DNA of 64,000 nucleotides from contig JBEKGO010000001.1 in assembly GCA_050012755.1 (NCBI GenBank), positions 1 to 64,000 of the forward strand. The letters run 5' to 3'. The DNA is from Candidatus Bathyarchaeia archaeon (GTDB lineage: Archaea; Thermoproteota; Bathyarchaeia; Bathyarchaeales; Bathycorpusculaceae). The notes under the pieces are model-generated. The model had not been told where the DNA came from. It did not search any database and saw nothing but the letters and a program-made list of their open reading frames with translations. Shown one piece after another: positions 1 through 9,505 of this stretch. Each line of letters opens with the position of its first letter. Position 1 is the stretch's first letter. The translations under genes were made by a program, and so were the position numbers.

Positions 1-121
1 ATCAGCATTGGAGTTTTATTCGCTACTATAACTATACGAGGCCTCATGAGGGAATAGGCTATTTAACTCCCGCTGAAATATACCTCAAAGAAAAAGTGTA
101 GCCCATTTTCTAGATAGAACA
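1..121 (+). mobile_element. Right end of an IS481-like insertion sequence (transposase C-terminus 3..101 plus terminal sequence ending ACA)
   Basis: Frame 3 reads FIRYYNYTRPHEGIGYLTPAEIYLKEKV*, the YNxxRPH...TP motif of rve/DDE transposases. The sequence ends ...tagatagaACA (IS481-type TGT/ACA ends) directly before a truncated kinase. Confidence 0.7.
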
Positions 122-122
122 C

Positions 123-377
123 GGTGGACAATTAACAATAAAATCGGTAGCCAATCCCGAGGGATCAGTATCAGTAACTGTAGAAGACACGGGAGTAGGG
201 ATACCGGAAAAAATTAAACCTCAAATTTTCACACCCTTATTCACCACCAAACCAAGAGGACAAGGCTTCGGCTTAGCCGTCTGCAAACGAGTTATAGAAG
301 CACATGGTGGCACCATCTGTTTTGAAAGCCAAGAAGGCAAAGGCGCAAAATTCACAATTCAGTTTCCAGCCAGTTAA
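123..377 (+). pseudogene. Histidine kinase HATPase C-terminal fragment, cut by the IS
   Basis: GGQLTIKS...VTVEDTGVGIP...FTPLFTTKPRGQGFGLAVCKRVIEAHGG (G1/F/G2 boxes). There is no start codon and the N box is missing. Confidence 0.85.
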
Positions 378-697
378 GGCTCAACCATTTCTTTTTGCTC
401 TTCAGTCCCTTTCAATCTTTGCCTTAGACTATAGAGGAATGCTATAAACCAAAAAGCAACGGTTGCCCAACCCAAAGCAAAACCAATAATGTTCCCAATC
501 AAATAATAAGCGATTTCAAAGCCAACGATGGATACAAACGTCAAGAATGAGCCAAGAATGCTGTATCCCCGAAGTACTTTTCTGTTTTTAATCACTGCTC
601 TCAGCATCAAGAGCAAAGCGGTAAAATTAACTATGCTAGCGACGCTTAAAACAATATTAGCTACTGCAATTGAATCCATTTCTTTGTTTTTCCTCAA
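374..697 (-). CDS. Small 3-TM membrane protein
   Basis: Three hydrophobic segments; the start may be at 679. Confidence 0.6.
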   Translation of the reverse strand: MRKNKEMDSIAVANIVLSVASIVNFTALLLMLRAVIKNRKVLRGYSILGSFLTFVSIVGFEIAYYLIGNIIGFALGWATVAFWFIAFLYSLRQRLKGTEEQKEMVEP

Positions 698-787
698 TGC
701 AGAAATGTTTTGCGCAACTTAAAACTTATGCCACAGCCAAATCCATTTTTGAAGGAGTGCTTCTATTTCAAGCGCTGTCCTGTCGCC

Positions 788-1336
788 TTATTTGTCCAAG
801 CCGATAGATGTACTGCGTTGTTTGCAGAAAGAAGCATAGAATATTTCCTGTAGCATGTTCCAGCTTCCAGCAATCGACAATTTATTTCTTAGTATTTCTG
901 TTGCAGGCAATATCTCGCTCAGTTGCTTAAACTGCCCCTCATCCGGAGAAAATTTGGATTCACATTCTTTGCTTAAGATAATGAACTTAGGTTTGTGTCC
1001 TGCAACCAATTTGACCTCTTCGATTTCATCGTGGGTGTAGAAACAGCTTTTTTTGCTGAGCTTTAAAATTTCGTCCAGGGACAAGTTTTTTATTTTTTCG
1101 TCAATCGCCTGCTTGTCTTCTGTCTTTTCTATGTACGATGACGTGATTGCAGGTACTCCAAATGCCGAAGGTATCACGGAAACTTGCGTTAACTTGTCGC
1201 TTTCAAAACGGTTTGCTCTACCCATACAGACAATTGCAATACGCTTGTCCGTAAAATAAACATCATACCTTGTGTCAATATCAAGCGGTAAAACAATGTC
1301 TCTAATGATTCCCAACTGCTTTTCAGAACTTGACAC
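788..1336 (-). CDS. Hypothetical protein (probable GTG start at 1336)
   Basis: The ORF's 5' extension runs through tRNA-Ala, so it was trimmed. The rest has globular composition. Confidence 0.55.
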   Translation of the reverse strand: MSSSEKQLGIIRDIVLPLDIDTRYDVYFTDKRIAIVCMGRANRFESDKLTQVSVIPSAFGVPAITSSYIEKTEDKQAIDEKIKNLSLDEILKLSKKSCFYTHDEIEEVKLVAGHKPKFIILSKECESKFSPDEGQFKQLSEILPATEILRNKLSIAGSWNMLQEIFYASFCKQRSTSIGLDK

Positions 1337-1426
1337 GCATCGAGTCTCCTTGTAGATGCTTTTTGCTTGCGCTAATTCATAAGGTTTGTTATGGCTTAAG
1401 CCTTCGAGTCTTGTTGGAGATAAAAA

Positions 1427-1504
1427 TGGTGGACGAGCCGGGATTTGAACCCGGGACCTCCACGATGCCAACGTGGCGATCATGCCAGACTGATCTACTC
1501 GCCC
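1427..1504 (-). tRNA. tRNA-Ala(GGC), CCA encoded
   Basis: Reverse complement GGGCGAG...CCACG-TTGGCAT-CGTGG...GGTTCAAATCC...CTCGTCCACCA folds as a cloverleaf. Confidence 0.95.
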
Positions 1505-1670
1505 AAAACCTCTGGCTTCTAAGGTTTAATCCGCGTCATTTAATAAGCGTTTCTTATGAACTTGCATACAAAGATACGAAATGCGCCCGATGGGGATTTT
1601 GTGTAGGCACATAACAAAATAGCTTTTTATAATCCATTCGCAAATAGAGAAGCCAAGCAAGGTGCTACGT

Positions 1671-2729
1671 ATGCCTAAAGTTAAAGTTGCATTAATTGGA
1701 GTTGGAAATTGCGCTTCAGCCTTCATCCAAGGCATCCAATATTACTCGAAATTCCAGAAATCTCAAGATTTTGTTGGTCTGCGCAACCCCGTTTTGGTTG
1801 GTCTGAGCCCAAAAGACATTGAGGTCGTTGCAGCTTTTGATGTGGATGAGCGGAAAGTTGGAAAAGATCTTTCCGAAGCCATTTTTGCTCAACCGAATAA
1901 TGCTCCGAAAGTGTCTGATGTCCCTAAATCGGGCGTGAAAGTTAACAAAGGACCTTTGCTTGATGGTTTAGGAAATTCAAGTAAAGCTATTGTAAAAGTC
2001 AGCAATGCATCTGATGCGAACGTTGTTGAGGTTCTGAAAGATGCGAGCGCTGAAGTTATGATTAATCTGTTGCCGAGTGGAGCTTCAAAAGCTTCTCAGT
2101 GGTATGCTGAACAAGCTTTGGCTGCAGGATGCAGTTTTGTTAACGCTACGCCAAACTTCATCGCGAGCGACTCAAAATGGGCCAAAAAGTTTGAGGTTGC
2201 CAAACTTCCGCTTGTGGGCGACGACTTGGTAGACCAGGTTGGCTCGACAGCTTTGCATAAAACATTGCTTAAGTTGCTTTCGGATAATGGTGTGAGGATA
2301 GATGAGACTTACCAACTTGATGTTGGCGGAGGAACAGAATCCGTCGATACTATGGACCGGAGCAGAGATGCAAAACGTACGATCAAAACTGAGTCTGTTG
2401 CAGCATCGTTACCATACAAAGCCGAGGTTGTCGCTGGCTCAACTGATTACGTTGATTTTCTTCAAAACAAACGTGACAGTTACTTCTGGATAAGCGGTGT
2501 GTATTTCTGTAATGCGCCGATGAAGATTGACCTTAAATTCCAAACTGTTGATGCGCCAAACGCTGGTTCTGTGCTATTTGATATTGTGCGGGCTGTGAAA
2601 GTAGCTATGAAAAGGAAGCTTACTGGTGCAATTCAACCGGTTTGCGCCTACGGATTTAAGCGTCCGCCTCAGATAGTTTCGCTAGAAGAAGGAGAAAAAG
2701 GATTCTCAAAGTTCATAGCTAAAAGTTAA
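1671..2729 (+). CDS. ino1: myo-inositol-1-phosphate synthase family protein
   Basis: VALIGVGNCASA, VAAFDVD..KVGKDL, FVNATP, GDD, DAPN motifs. Confidence 0.85.
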   Translation: MPKVKVALIGVGNCASAFIQGIQYYSKFQKSQDFVGLRNPVLVGLSPKDIEVVAAFDVDERKVGKDLSEAIFAQPNNAPKVSDVPKSGVKVNKGPLLDGLGNSSKAIVKVSNASDANVVEVLKDASAEVMINLLPSGASKASQWYAEQALAAGCSFVNATPNFIASDSKWAKKFEVAKLPLVGDDLVDQVGSTALHKTLLKLLSDNGVRIDETYQLDVGGGTESVDTMDRSRDAKRTIKTESVAASLPYKAEVVAGSTDYVDFLQNKRDSYFWISGVYFCNAPMKIDLKFQTVDAPNAGSVLFDIVRAVKVAMKRKLTGAIQPVCAYGFKRPPQIVSLEEGEKGFSKFIAKS

Positions 2730-3829
2730 TTGAGCTTTGATAATTCACTTATTATTTTCTCTTTAACCCCATTTTGTTTCAACGTGTCCTTTAGGTAGTT
2801 TATTGTTTTAACAGGCGTTGGGTCAACCCCTCGCAGAAACGCCAAGTAGACGCTGGTAAAATCGCCGATGCAAACCGTCGAAAGCATTTTTGCTAAAGAG
2901 CTTTTACCTTGAACTGGCACTTCAAAAACAGCTAAACCCGCTTTGGCAACAAGTTTCTTTGTAATTTCAATTCTGCTACGAATCTCCGTCGGCTCTTCTT
3001 TGTCTCGGATGAAAATAGTTGAGAAGCATTTGCCGAGTTCACCTGCATTTTCCCAGCCTACAATTTCGTTATGGTTGAGTTCACTGAAGACTTCCCATTT
3101 CGCAGGAACTTTACTGTTCTCATTGAACTGTTGCTTAAAACGCATAGCTACGCTACGGTAGATACCAAAACCATAAACTGCAGGAGCCGTTTGCCCGATG
3201 TCTAGGGCTAAGGTTTTGGAGAAATTCTCTTTTGCTGGCTTTTCGGGTGAGTTATCTTTGCTGATTTTTTCTACGAATTTTAGGGCTTCGTTGAGTTCCT
3301 CTGAGGCGCCAGCGGCCAAACCCGTTTTCTCCAAGTAAATTAAGAGGGGAACAAACAGGTATGGAAGCGCTGCCCTTGGAGGCACACCCCTCGGAACCCT
3401 CAGGTATGGAACTCTGAGTCTCTCCGCATTCTCTAAAAGAGCGCCACCGCTACTAACACAGAAAATCATGCATTTACGCTTCAAAGCGTCAAGAAAAGCA
3501 CCTAAGGATTCCTCTGTCTCTCCTGAGTAACTTGTAATTAGCACTAAAGTTTTTTTGCCTGCGTACTGTGGAAGTTGGTATTCGCGATTCACTTCAATCG
3601 GTACCGGGATTTTGGTTTTTGCCCAATCTTTGAGTAAGTCTCCGCCGATTCCTGAGCCGCCCATACCTGCAACGACGATGTTGTCGGGTTTAGGATAGCT
3701 AACTTTAATTTTTTCCGCTAATTTGGCGCCTTCGCCGTAAAGTTTAGCTGAATTTATACAAAAATTAATCATATTGCCTTTGTCAAGGGCTTTGATTTTT
3801 TCAATTTCATCTAAAATGGCTGATTTCAT
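2726..3829 (-). CDS. Bifunctional phosphoglucose/phosphomannose isomerase (SIS)
   Basis: GMGGSGIGG, SYSGETEE, PPRAA, QFNENSK, ELNHNE. Confidence 0.92.
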   Translation of the reverse strand: MKSAILDEIEKIKALDKGNMINFCINSAKLYGEGAKLAEKIKVSYPKPDNIVVAGMGGSGIGGDLLKDWAKTKIPVPIEVNREYQLPQYAGKKTLVLITSYSGETEESLGAFLDALKRKCMIFCVSSGGALLENAERLRVPYLRVPRGVPPRAALPYLFVPLLIYLEKTGLAAGASEELNEALKFVEKISKDNSPEKPAKENFSKTLALDIGQTAPAVYGFGIYRSVAMRFKQQFNENSKVPAKWEVFSELNHNEIVGWENAGELGKCFSTIFIRDKEEPTEIRSRIEITKKLVAKAGLAVFEVPVQGKSSLAKMLSTVCIGDFTSVYLAFLRGVDPTPVKTINYLKDTLKQNGVKEKIISELSKLN

Positions 3830-3919
3830 TTTCAGTCCGGACCTGCAGTTTTATATCTCAAGTCTCCTTTTTAAGCTCAATGCAGACAAGAATTGTGCAA
3901 ACGATGGGAATAGACAATT

Positions 3920-4774
3920 ATGGATAAAGTGAAACTTGCAGTTGCCATTCCAGCGTCAACCATCTCTGATACACCTCATCTTAGAGAAAAGACCGCGAAA
4001 ATAGGGTTGATTGGACGGGCAGCAGCGATTTTCAGAGTAGACGAAATCATAGTTTACCAAGATAATTCTAGAATTAATCAAACAAAAGAGCTTGATTTCA
4101 TTGCTCTTCTGCTAAAATATATTGAGACGCCGCAGTATCTTCGTAAACGGTTGTTCAAAATCGAGCCTGACCTGCAGTTTGCTGGGATTTTGCCCCCTTT
4201 GCGTACGCCACATCATCCACTTAGCGGTAAACCCAAGGATTTGAAGGTTGGTGAATGGCGTGAAGGCTTGGTTTTATCTCAAGCTAAAGAAGGCTTACTT
4301 GTGGATATAGGCATTGAGCGTCCAGCGGTTTTGCGAGAAACTCAGTACGCTGTTGGCGACCGTTTAACATTGCAAGTTATCAATGTCGGCACACGCGTTG
4401 AAGTGCAGGCGGCAAACCGAGATGACGTGCCAGTCTACTGGGGTTTTAAGGTTCGTGTGGAAAAACGACCTTTCGTGCAATTTGCAAAAGACCACGAGTT
4501 TGATTTAACTATAGCCACGGCAAAGCTTGGCTCTAAATTCGCGTCAGTTGCAGGTGAAATAGGGAAAAAATGGGGTCGAAGCCAGCATGTTTTGGTCGCG
4601 TTTGGCGCTCCATCCCGTGGTTTACATGAAATTGCCAAAGAAGAAGGCGCAAAGCTTGAGAGCATAGTTAATTTTGTGGTTAATACTATTCCTGAGCAGG
4701 GAACAGCGACAGTTAGGACTGAAGAAGCGCTTTTTGCTTCACTTGCCATTTTGAACGTTCAATTTAATTCCTAA
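3920..4774 (+). CDS. SPOUT RNA methyltransferase (DUF171/MTH1-like)
   Basis: ETPQYLRK, LPPLRTPHH, C-terminal NTIPEQGTATVRTEEA knot motif. Confidence 0.9.
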   Translation: MDKVKLAVAIPASTISDTPHLREKTAKIGLIGRAAAIFRVDEIIVYQDNSRINQTKELDFIALLLKYIETPQYLRKRLFKIEPDLQFAGILPPLRTPHHPLSGKPKDLKVGEWREGLVLSQAKEGLLVDIGIERPAVLRETQYAVGDRLTLQVINVGTRVEVQAANRDDVPVYWGFKVRVEKRPFVQFAKDHEFDLTIATAKLGSKFASVAGEIGKKWGRSQHVLVAFGAPSRGLHEIAKEEGAKLESIVNFVVNTIPEQGTATVRTEEALFASLAILNVQFNS

Positions 4775-4894
4775 TCTCTTTAGCGCCCTTAATTATGATC
4801 TCTTTTTTGTGAATGTGTAAAACCTTCTTTTTTGCTCTGTTTTCATATCTAAAAAGCGCCTATCCTAAAATTTTAATCATAAGAAAGCCATGTA

Positions 4895-6103
4895 ATGTTT
4901 CTTTGGTTTTCAGCTAAACAAATAAATGCATCTTTACTTACTTTGGTCTCTATGCCCTCCATAGACATTGCCATGCCGATAGCGCTGTTCGCTGTAGTTA
5001 TTGTTGCAATGCTTTTGAACAAACGTGTTCAAGGAAAATTGATGGCAACAGTCGAAGAAAAGGAATTCCGGCCAAGAGACATAATTCTTCTTATCGTCTT
5101 CATGGCGATTATAATTTCCGCCATAGGGTACACTTCAATAGTTAGCCCTGGAGACGTCTTTCCAACAATTCTGCTTGTAATCTTTCTCTCATCGTATACC
5201 ATGTTGCTCTTTACGTTTTCTTACGTTTTCTCTAATCTTCCAAAAATACGGGCACAGTTGCTTTCTATAGGTTTTGGTATTGCAGGCTTGATCGCTGGGT
5301 TTGCCAGCTTTTTAGGTCCACTTCAAGATAGCATAACAGTTCTTAGGGCAGCTGCATTTTTTGGTTTCGCAGTCTTTTGTTTTGCCGTTAGTGTTGTTGA
5401 ACAGAAAAAGATATCCTCTAACGCGCGATGGTATGTCGCAGTTCAGCCCCCGGCAATTTTTGTGATGTTATTCATTTTCTTTAGCGGCATCTTCAACATT
5501 TACACGGGTAGCTTACAGGTGTGGGCTCCTTTTCTTATGGATGTCTTCGGCTTCACATTCGCAATTCTGATAATTCTTTATCTTAGCTCGCTGTTTAGCT
5601 GGAAGACAGTAGGCATATTTGCAGCGCTCTTGACGATTATGGACATCATTCTGGTAATAGGTACTCCAGTAATGCTTGGTGCAGCGCACACTTTCACTGG
5701 ACTTGGTTTGCCAGTGCTAGTTTATCTGCCAAACATTCCCACTATTACTTTGCAGGGTGCTCTTCTATTCAGAGGGCTAGGTTTAGGGGACTTCTTCTTT
5801 GCAGGTGTCCTTGCTGTTCAAACGTTCAATAAATTTGGTAAAAAAACTGCATTTATAGCCGCGATTGCAATGGCTCTAGCTTTCGGCATTTGGGAAGCAT
5901 TCCTCGGCGATATAATTCATTTGCTCATTCCAATTGTTGGGCGAAACATCGGTGGCTTCCCAGGCACTGTGATGATCATTAGTGGTTGGGCGCCTATCAT
6001 CGCTTGGAAAATATTGTCAGATAGACGAAATAAAATCGTTGTGCCGCCAGTTGCTCAACAACCAAATACAGAAGTAGCTCCAAGCAATGACTTAACAAAA
6101 TAG
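4895..6103 (+). CDS. Presenilin/signal-peptide-peptidase-like GxGD intramembrane aspartic protease
   Basis: Multi-TM protein; TIMDIILV (YD-equivalent), GLGLGDF, FPGT (PAL-equivalent). The start may be at 4952. Confidence 0.7.
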   Translation: MFLWFSAKQINASLLTLVSMPSIDIAMPIALFAVVIVAMLLNKRVQGKLMATVEEKEFRPRDIILLIVFMAIIISAIGYTSIVSPGDVFPTILLVIFLSSYTMLLFTFSYVFSNLPKIRAQLLSIGFGIAGLIAGFASFLGPLQDSITVLRAAAFFGFAVFCFAVSVVEQKKISSNARWYVAVQPPAIFVMLFIFFSGIFNIYTGSLQVWAPFLMDVFGFTFAILIILYLSSLFSWKTVGIFAALLTIMDIILVIGTPVMLGAAHTFTGLGLPVLVYLPNIPTITLQGALLFRGLGLGDFFFAGVLAVQTFNKFGKKTAFIAAIAMALAFGIWEAFLGDIIHLLIPIVGRNIGGFPGTVMIISGWAPIIAWKILSDRRNKIVVPPVAQQPNTEVAPSNDLTK

Positions 6104-6343
6104 AAAAGGTTCATGCAAAGCGCGCCGCCTTGTCCCTTTATTATGAGTTTCTTCAAGCGGGTAATTGATGTTGATCCTTGAATTCAAACCTAAAATTGTT
6201 GTGAGCCGAGCCGTTTAGTTTTATGACTTTAAAAACAAAAAGGTTTATGGGTTTTACGAAGTTTGATCGCATAAGAAGTTGAACGGGCTTTTATTTATCT
6301 TCTTTCTTACAGATGTCTAATCGAGCAAATATTGTTGGTTTTG

Positions 6344-7075
6344 TCATGTCGAGTCAAATGTTTTCTTGGTTCGTCCGTAAGGGCAAATGTATACGCATAA
6401 ACCGCATATTCCGTCTCCTATGGATTGTGCCCGTTTGTTCATGTATTCGTTACAAAGGTGAGCATTGAATCTAGCTTCTCTTGATTCTGAATTTTTGAAT
6501 TTCACTCCCGTGAAGGCTTTGACAGGACAGATTTTTATGCATTCACTACAGTTGCCGCACCGGTCAACAGGCGGATTTCCGGTATTCATCGGTGCATTGG
6601 TGAGAATCGTTGCCCATCTTACTCGTGGACCGTGTTCGGATGTAATTAGTAGGCAACTCCTTCCAATCCAGCCCAGGCCTGCAAGGTGAGCCGCCAACTT
6701 ATGTGAAAAGGCGCCCTCGAGTTTGACAGGGTTAATTTTCTGGGCCGCGGGAATTGGATATGCCTCAAAACCTAAGTCTTGAATCCTCTTCGCAATAAAG
6801 AGGGCTGCTTTATCGAGGCTGCTATTCACTGAATTGTAAAGCCCTCTGTAGGTGAAAATGACAGAAGGTTCTTCGTGATGAGGCAACTCGTCCACGACGG
6901 CGTCAATCAAACGCACACCTATCGAAACGGCTCGTGGAAAACGTGCAATAGCTTCACCGCCTTGAGTTAACAGAAAATCTTTTGCCACTGCTAAATCAGC
7001 CACACCAAAGTGGTCAACACCCAAACTCTCAGCGAAGTCCCGCAACTGCTTCTGCATAGCGTCTATCATGTTCAC
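6344..7075 (-). CDS. QueG/epoxyqueuosine reductase-like 4Fe-4S protein
   Basis: SHKLAAHLAGLGWIGRS, GPRVRW, CxxCxxCxxxCP, CGLCVYICP. Confidence 0.8.
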   Translation of the reverse strand: MNMIDAMQKQLRDFAESLGVDHFGVADLAVAKDFLLTQGGEAIARFPRAVSIGVRLIDAVVDELPHHEEPSVIFTYRGLYNSVNSSLDKAALFIAKRIQDLGFEAYPIPAAQKINPVKLEGAFSHKLAAHLAGLGWIGRSCLLITSEHGPRVRWATILTNAPMNTGNPPVDRCGNCSECIKICPVKAFTGVKFKNSESREARFNAHLCNEYMNKRAQSIGDGICGLCVYICPYGRTKKTFDST

Positions 7076-7328
7076 CGAGCGGATTATTCCTTTTTAGTTG
7101 ATATAAGAGTTTCTTGATAAGCAAGAGATTTCAACCAAAGAATAATGAAGCATTTTTGGATATTTAGACAGAGGTCATAAAAAAAGCGTACATATAGAGG
7201 AGCATTATTTCTGCTTTTTAAAACATTTTTCACGCGCTGCCTTGTCCCGATATCATGTACAAACAATTTTCTTGTGTGCCAGTAAATTTTACAAGAACGC
7301 TTTTATCCAACAACCGTACAACTAAAAA

Positions 7329-9275
7329 ATGGATGTTACATTGAATAAACCGTTTTTAAGTTTTTTCTTGATAGCTATTACAATTTGTGGTTTTTCATTA
7401 GTTAGCACACTGCATTTTGGCTCGGCACAAACTGGAACAAATGTTATTGGCATAATATCTTCAAACACAACTTGGGCACCAGCGAATAGTCCATATACCC
7501 TCTTAGGACCTACGGCAGTAAACGTAGGCATAACATTGACTATTGAGCCAGGAGTAACAGTAAATGTAAATGGTTACTACATTCAGGTCAATGGCACCTT
7601 AACTGCTATGGGCTCCGCCAACAACATGATTCAGTTTAATGGTGGCGTTCTCCGTTTCACGCCAGTGAGCACTTCATGGAATGACATAACTCGTGCCGGT
7701 TGCACAGTACAGTACGCAAACCTGTCCACAACTTCAATCTCAGCCAGCGTAGCCATAAAGCTGGACAATGACGTGTTGTCAGGCAGCGTGCAGGTTGGCG
7801 ACAGCTCGGTAATTTCAAACAGCAACATCTCTCCAGCTGTCACCGCTGGAAACTTCTGCAGGTTCATAAACAACCAAGTCAACAGCAGCGTTACCGCAGG
7901 CAACAGTAGCACTATAACAAACAACAACATCGAAGCTGGAATTACCGCCGGCGATGAATGCAGCATCTTCAGCAACACCGTTGTAGGCGGAGTCGTTTGT
8001 TCAGGTAGCACATCTGTAATCTCAAACAACAACATCCAGGGGGGGCAGGTTACTGGCGGCTCAATAGCGGGCAACACAATATCCAGCGTGTTCAGCACCT
8101 ATGAAGATATGAATGGTTACACCTTATCTTACTTCCCCAACGTCTATGTCACTGGAAACGTGGTGTCGAACAACAAAATAACCAACGGCACCATCCAAGC
8201 CACACAGACAGTAACCAACAACGTTGTTGTGAGCGGCACCTACATAGGTTCGTTCAGAGTGTTCGGCGGCTGGGCAGACATTACAGAAGACAGCCCAGCG
8301 ATTACAACTACAGGATCACCAACCATCTCCGGCAACACCATTACAGGAGGAGGAACATTTACGAGTGCCTTCATTTTTAGCGAATCTACTAACATTGTTC
8401 CAGCAATCGACTTAACCTCCGGTGGCGGCACAGCCACAATAACCAATAACACCATTTTCGGCGACTCTGGACTAGCAATCAACGGCAACTGCTCCTTAAT
8501 CTCAAACAACACCATAACAGGCGACATCAATGGATCAGTCACCACAATATCCAACAACATTGTCAACGGTTCACTCAACCTTGCCAATGGAACCCTCACA
8601 GTCTCAAGCAACAACGTGACGGCAAGCATTTCTGTGAGTTCATCTTCATGGCTTGTTAGGGGGAACACTGCTCAGGGAATAACTGCGACCCAAGGCAGCG
8701 GTTACATACTTGACAATTATGTAACGGGCACCTATAACGGAGTAGGAAACGTCGGCAACGGGACCGTAGTTTACGGTAACGGTACAGGGATTAACGTTCT
8801 CAGCGGAGGAGTAGTTGAGAGAAATTATGTCTTTAACAGCACATTTGGAATTTTAGTTGCGAACAGTACTGCCATAATAATTAACAACACTATCTCCAAC
8901 AACAGCGTAGGAATTGCCCTGTTTTCGCCTTCCAGTTTAACGACAATCAACTACAACAACATCGAAGACAACGGCCAAAGCATTGTTCTGGAATCGGGAA
9001 CAACAAATGACATTAATGCTACTAATAATTGGTGGGGAACTACAAACTCACAGGCAATTAATGAGTCAATTCACGATTTTAAGAACGATTTCAACTTAGG
9101 CACGGTAAACTTCATTCCTCTTTCAGCAAGCTCAAATCCGGAAGCAATACCCAATCCAAATATAACAATAACTATTCCAGAATCTCCACAAGTCTTGGAG
9201 ATTGCGGTACTATTCCTGTCACTTCTTGTCGCAACTTCAGGGTTAATCTTGAAAAAGCAATTGAAAAGGGACTAA
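7329..9275 (+). CDS. Secreted parallel beta-helix (NosD/CASH-like) surface protein with C-terminal anchor
   Basis: Signal peptide; N/T/S/G-rich ISNN repeats; ATNNWWG; C-terminal IPE + TM + basic tail (PEF-CTERM-like). Confidence 0.8.
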   Translation: MDVTLNKPFLSFFLIAITICGFSLVSTLHFGSAQTGTNVIGIISSNTTWAPANSPYTLLGPTAVNVGITLTIEPGVTVNVNGYYIQVNGTLTAMGSANNMIQFNGGVLRFTPVSTSWNDITRAGCTVQYANLSTTSISASVAIKLDNDVLSGSVQVGDSSVISNSNISPAVTAGNFCRFINNQVNSSVTAGNSSTITNNNIEAGITAGDECSIFSNTVVGGVVCSGSTSVISNNNIQGGQVTGGSIAGNTISSVFSTYEDMNGYTLSYFPNVYVTGNVVSNNKITNGTIQATQTVTNNVVVSGTYIGSFRVFGGWADITEDSPAITTTGSPTISGNTITGGGTFTSAFIFSESTNIVPAIDLTSGGGTATITNNTIFGDSGLAINGNCSLISNNTITGDINGSVTTISNNIVNGSLNLANGTLTVSSNNVTASISVSSSSWLVRGNTAQGITATQGSGYILDNYVTGTYNGVGNVGNGTVVYGNGTGINVLSGGVVERNYVFNSTFGILVANSTAIIINNTISNNSVGIALFSPSSLTTINYNNIEDNGQSIVLESGTTNDINATNNWWGTTNSQAINESIHDFKNDFNLGTVNFIPLSASSNPEAIPNPNITITIPESPQVLEIAVLFLSLLVATSGLILKKQLKRD

Positions 9276-9427
9276 TCGCAACGTGCCAAGTAGTTGCAAG
9301 CCTTCAACTTTTCAAACATTATTTAGACTTGAGCTAATCTCTATTCTCCCTTATTAGAAGATCTAAATTGAAGTCTGGAAAAATAAAACATAATTGGGAA
9401 AATTGGTTAAGAATAAAGTGAGGCTTA

Positions 9428-9465
9428 TTTACCCGAATAAACTACCCATTAGTGGGCGGTTAATT
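9428..9465. repeat. Left att site (12-bp core plus palindromic arm)
   Basis: TTTACCCGAATA followed by AACTACCCA-TTAG-TGGGCGGTT. Confidence 0.8.
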
Positions 9466-9505
9466 ATATATACAACTTCGGTATTATGTAATTACAGGGA
9501 TTAAG

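Noticed and set aside
1337-1614. ORFs overlapping tRNA-Ala (and 34061-34323 over tRNA-Trp)
   Set aside because: These are translations of tRNA sequence, not genes.
6344-7075. Reductive dehalogenase call for the QueG-like proteins (also 33062-33976)
   Set aside because: The proteins are short, with no TAT signal and no membrane-anchor partner gene.
7631-8668. Long antisense ORFs inside the beta-helix gene (and similar shadows elsewhere)
   Set aside because: Shadow frames caused by codon bias of the sense gene.
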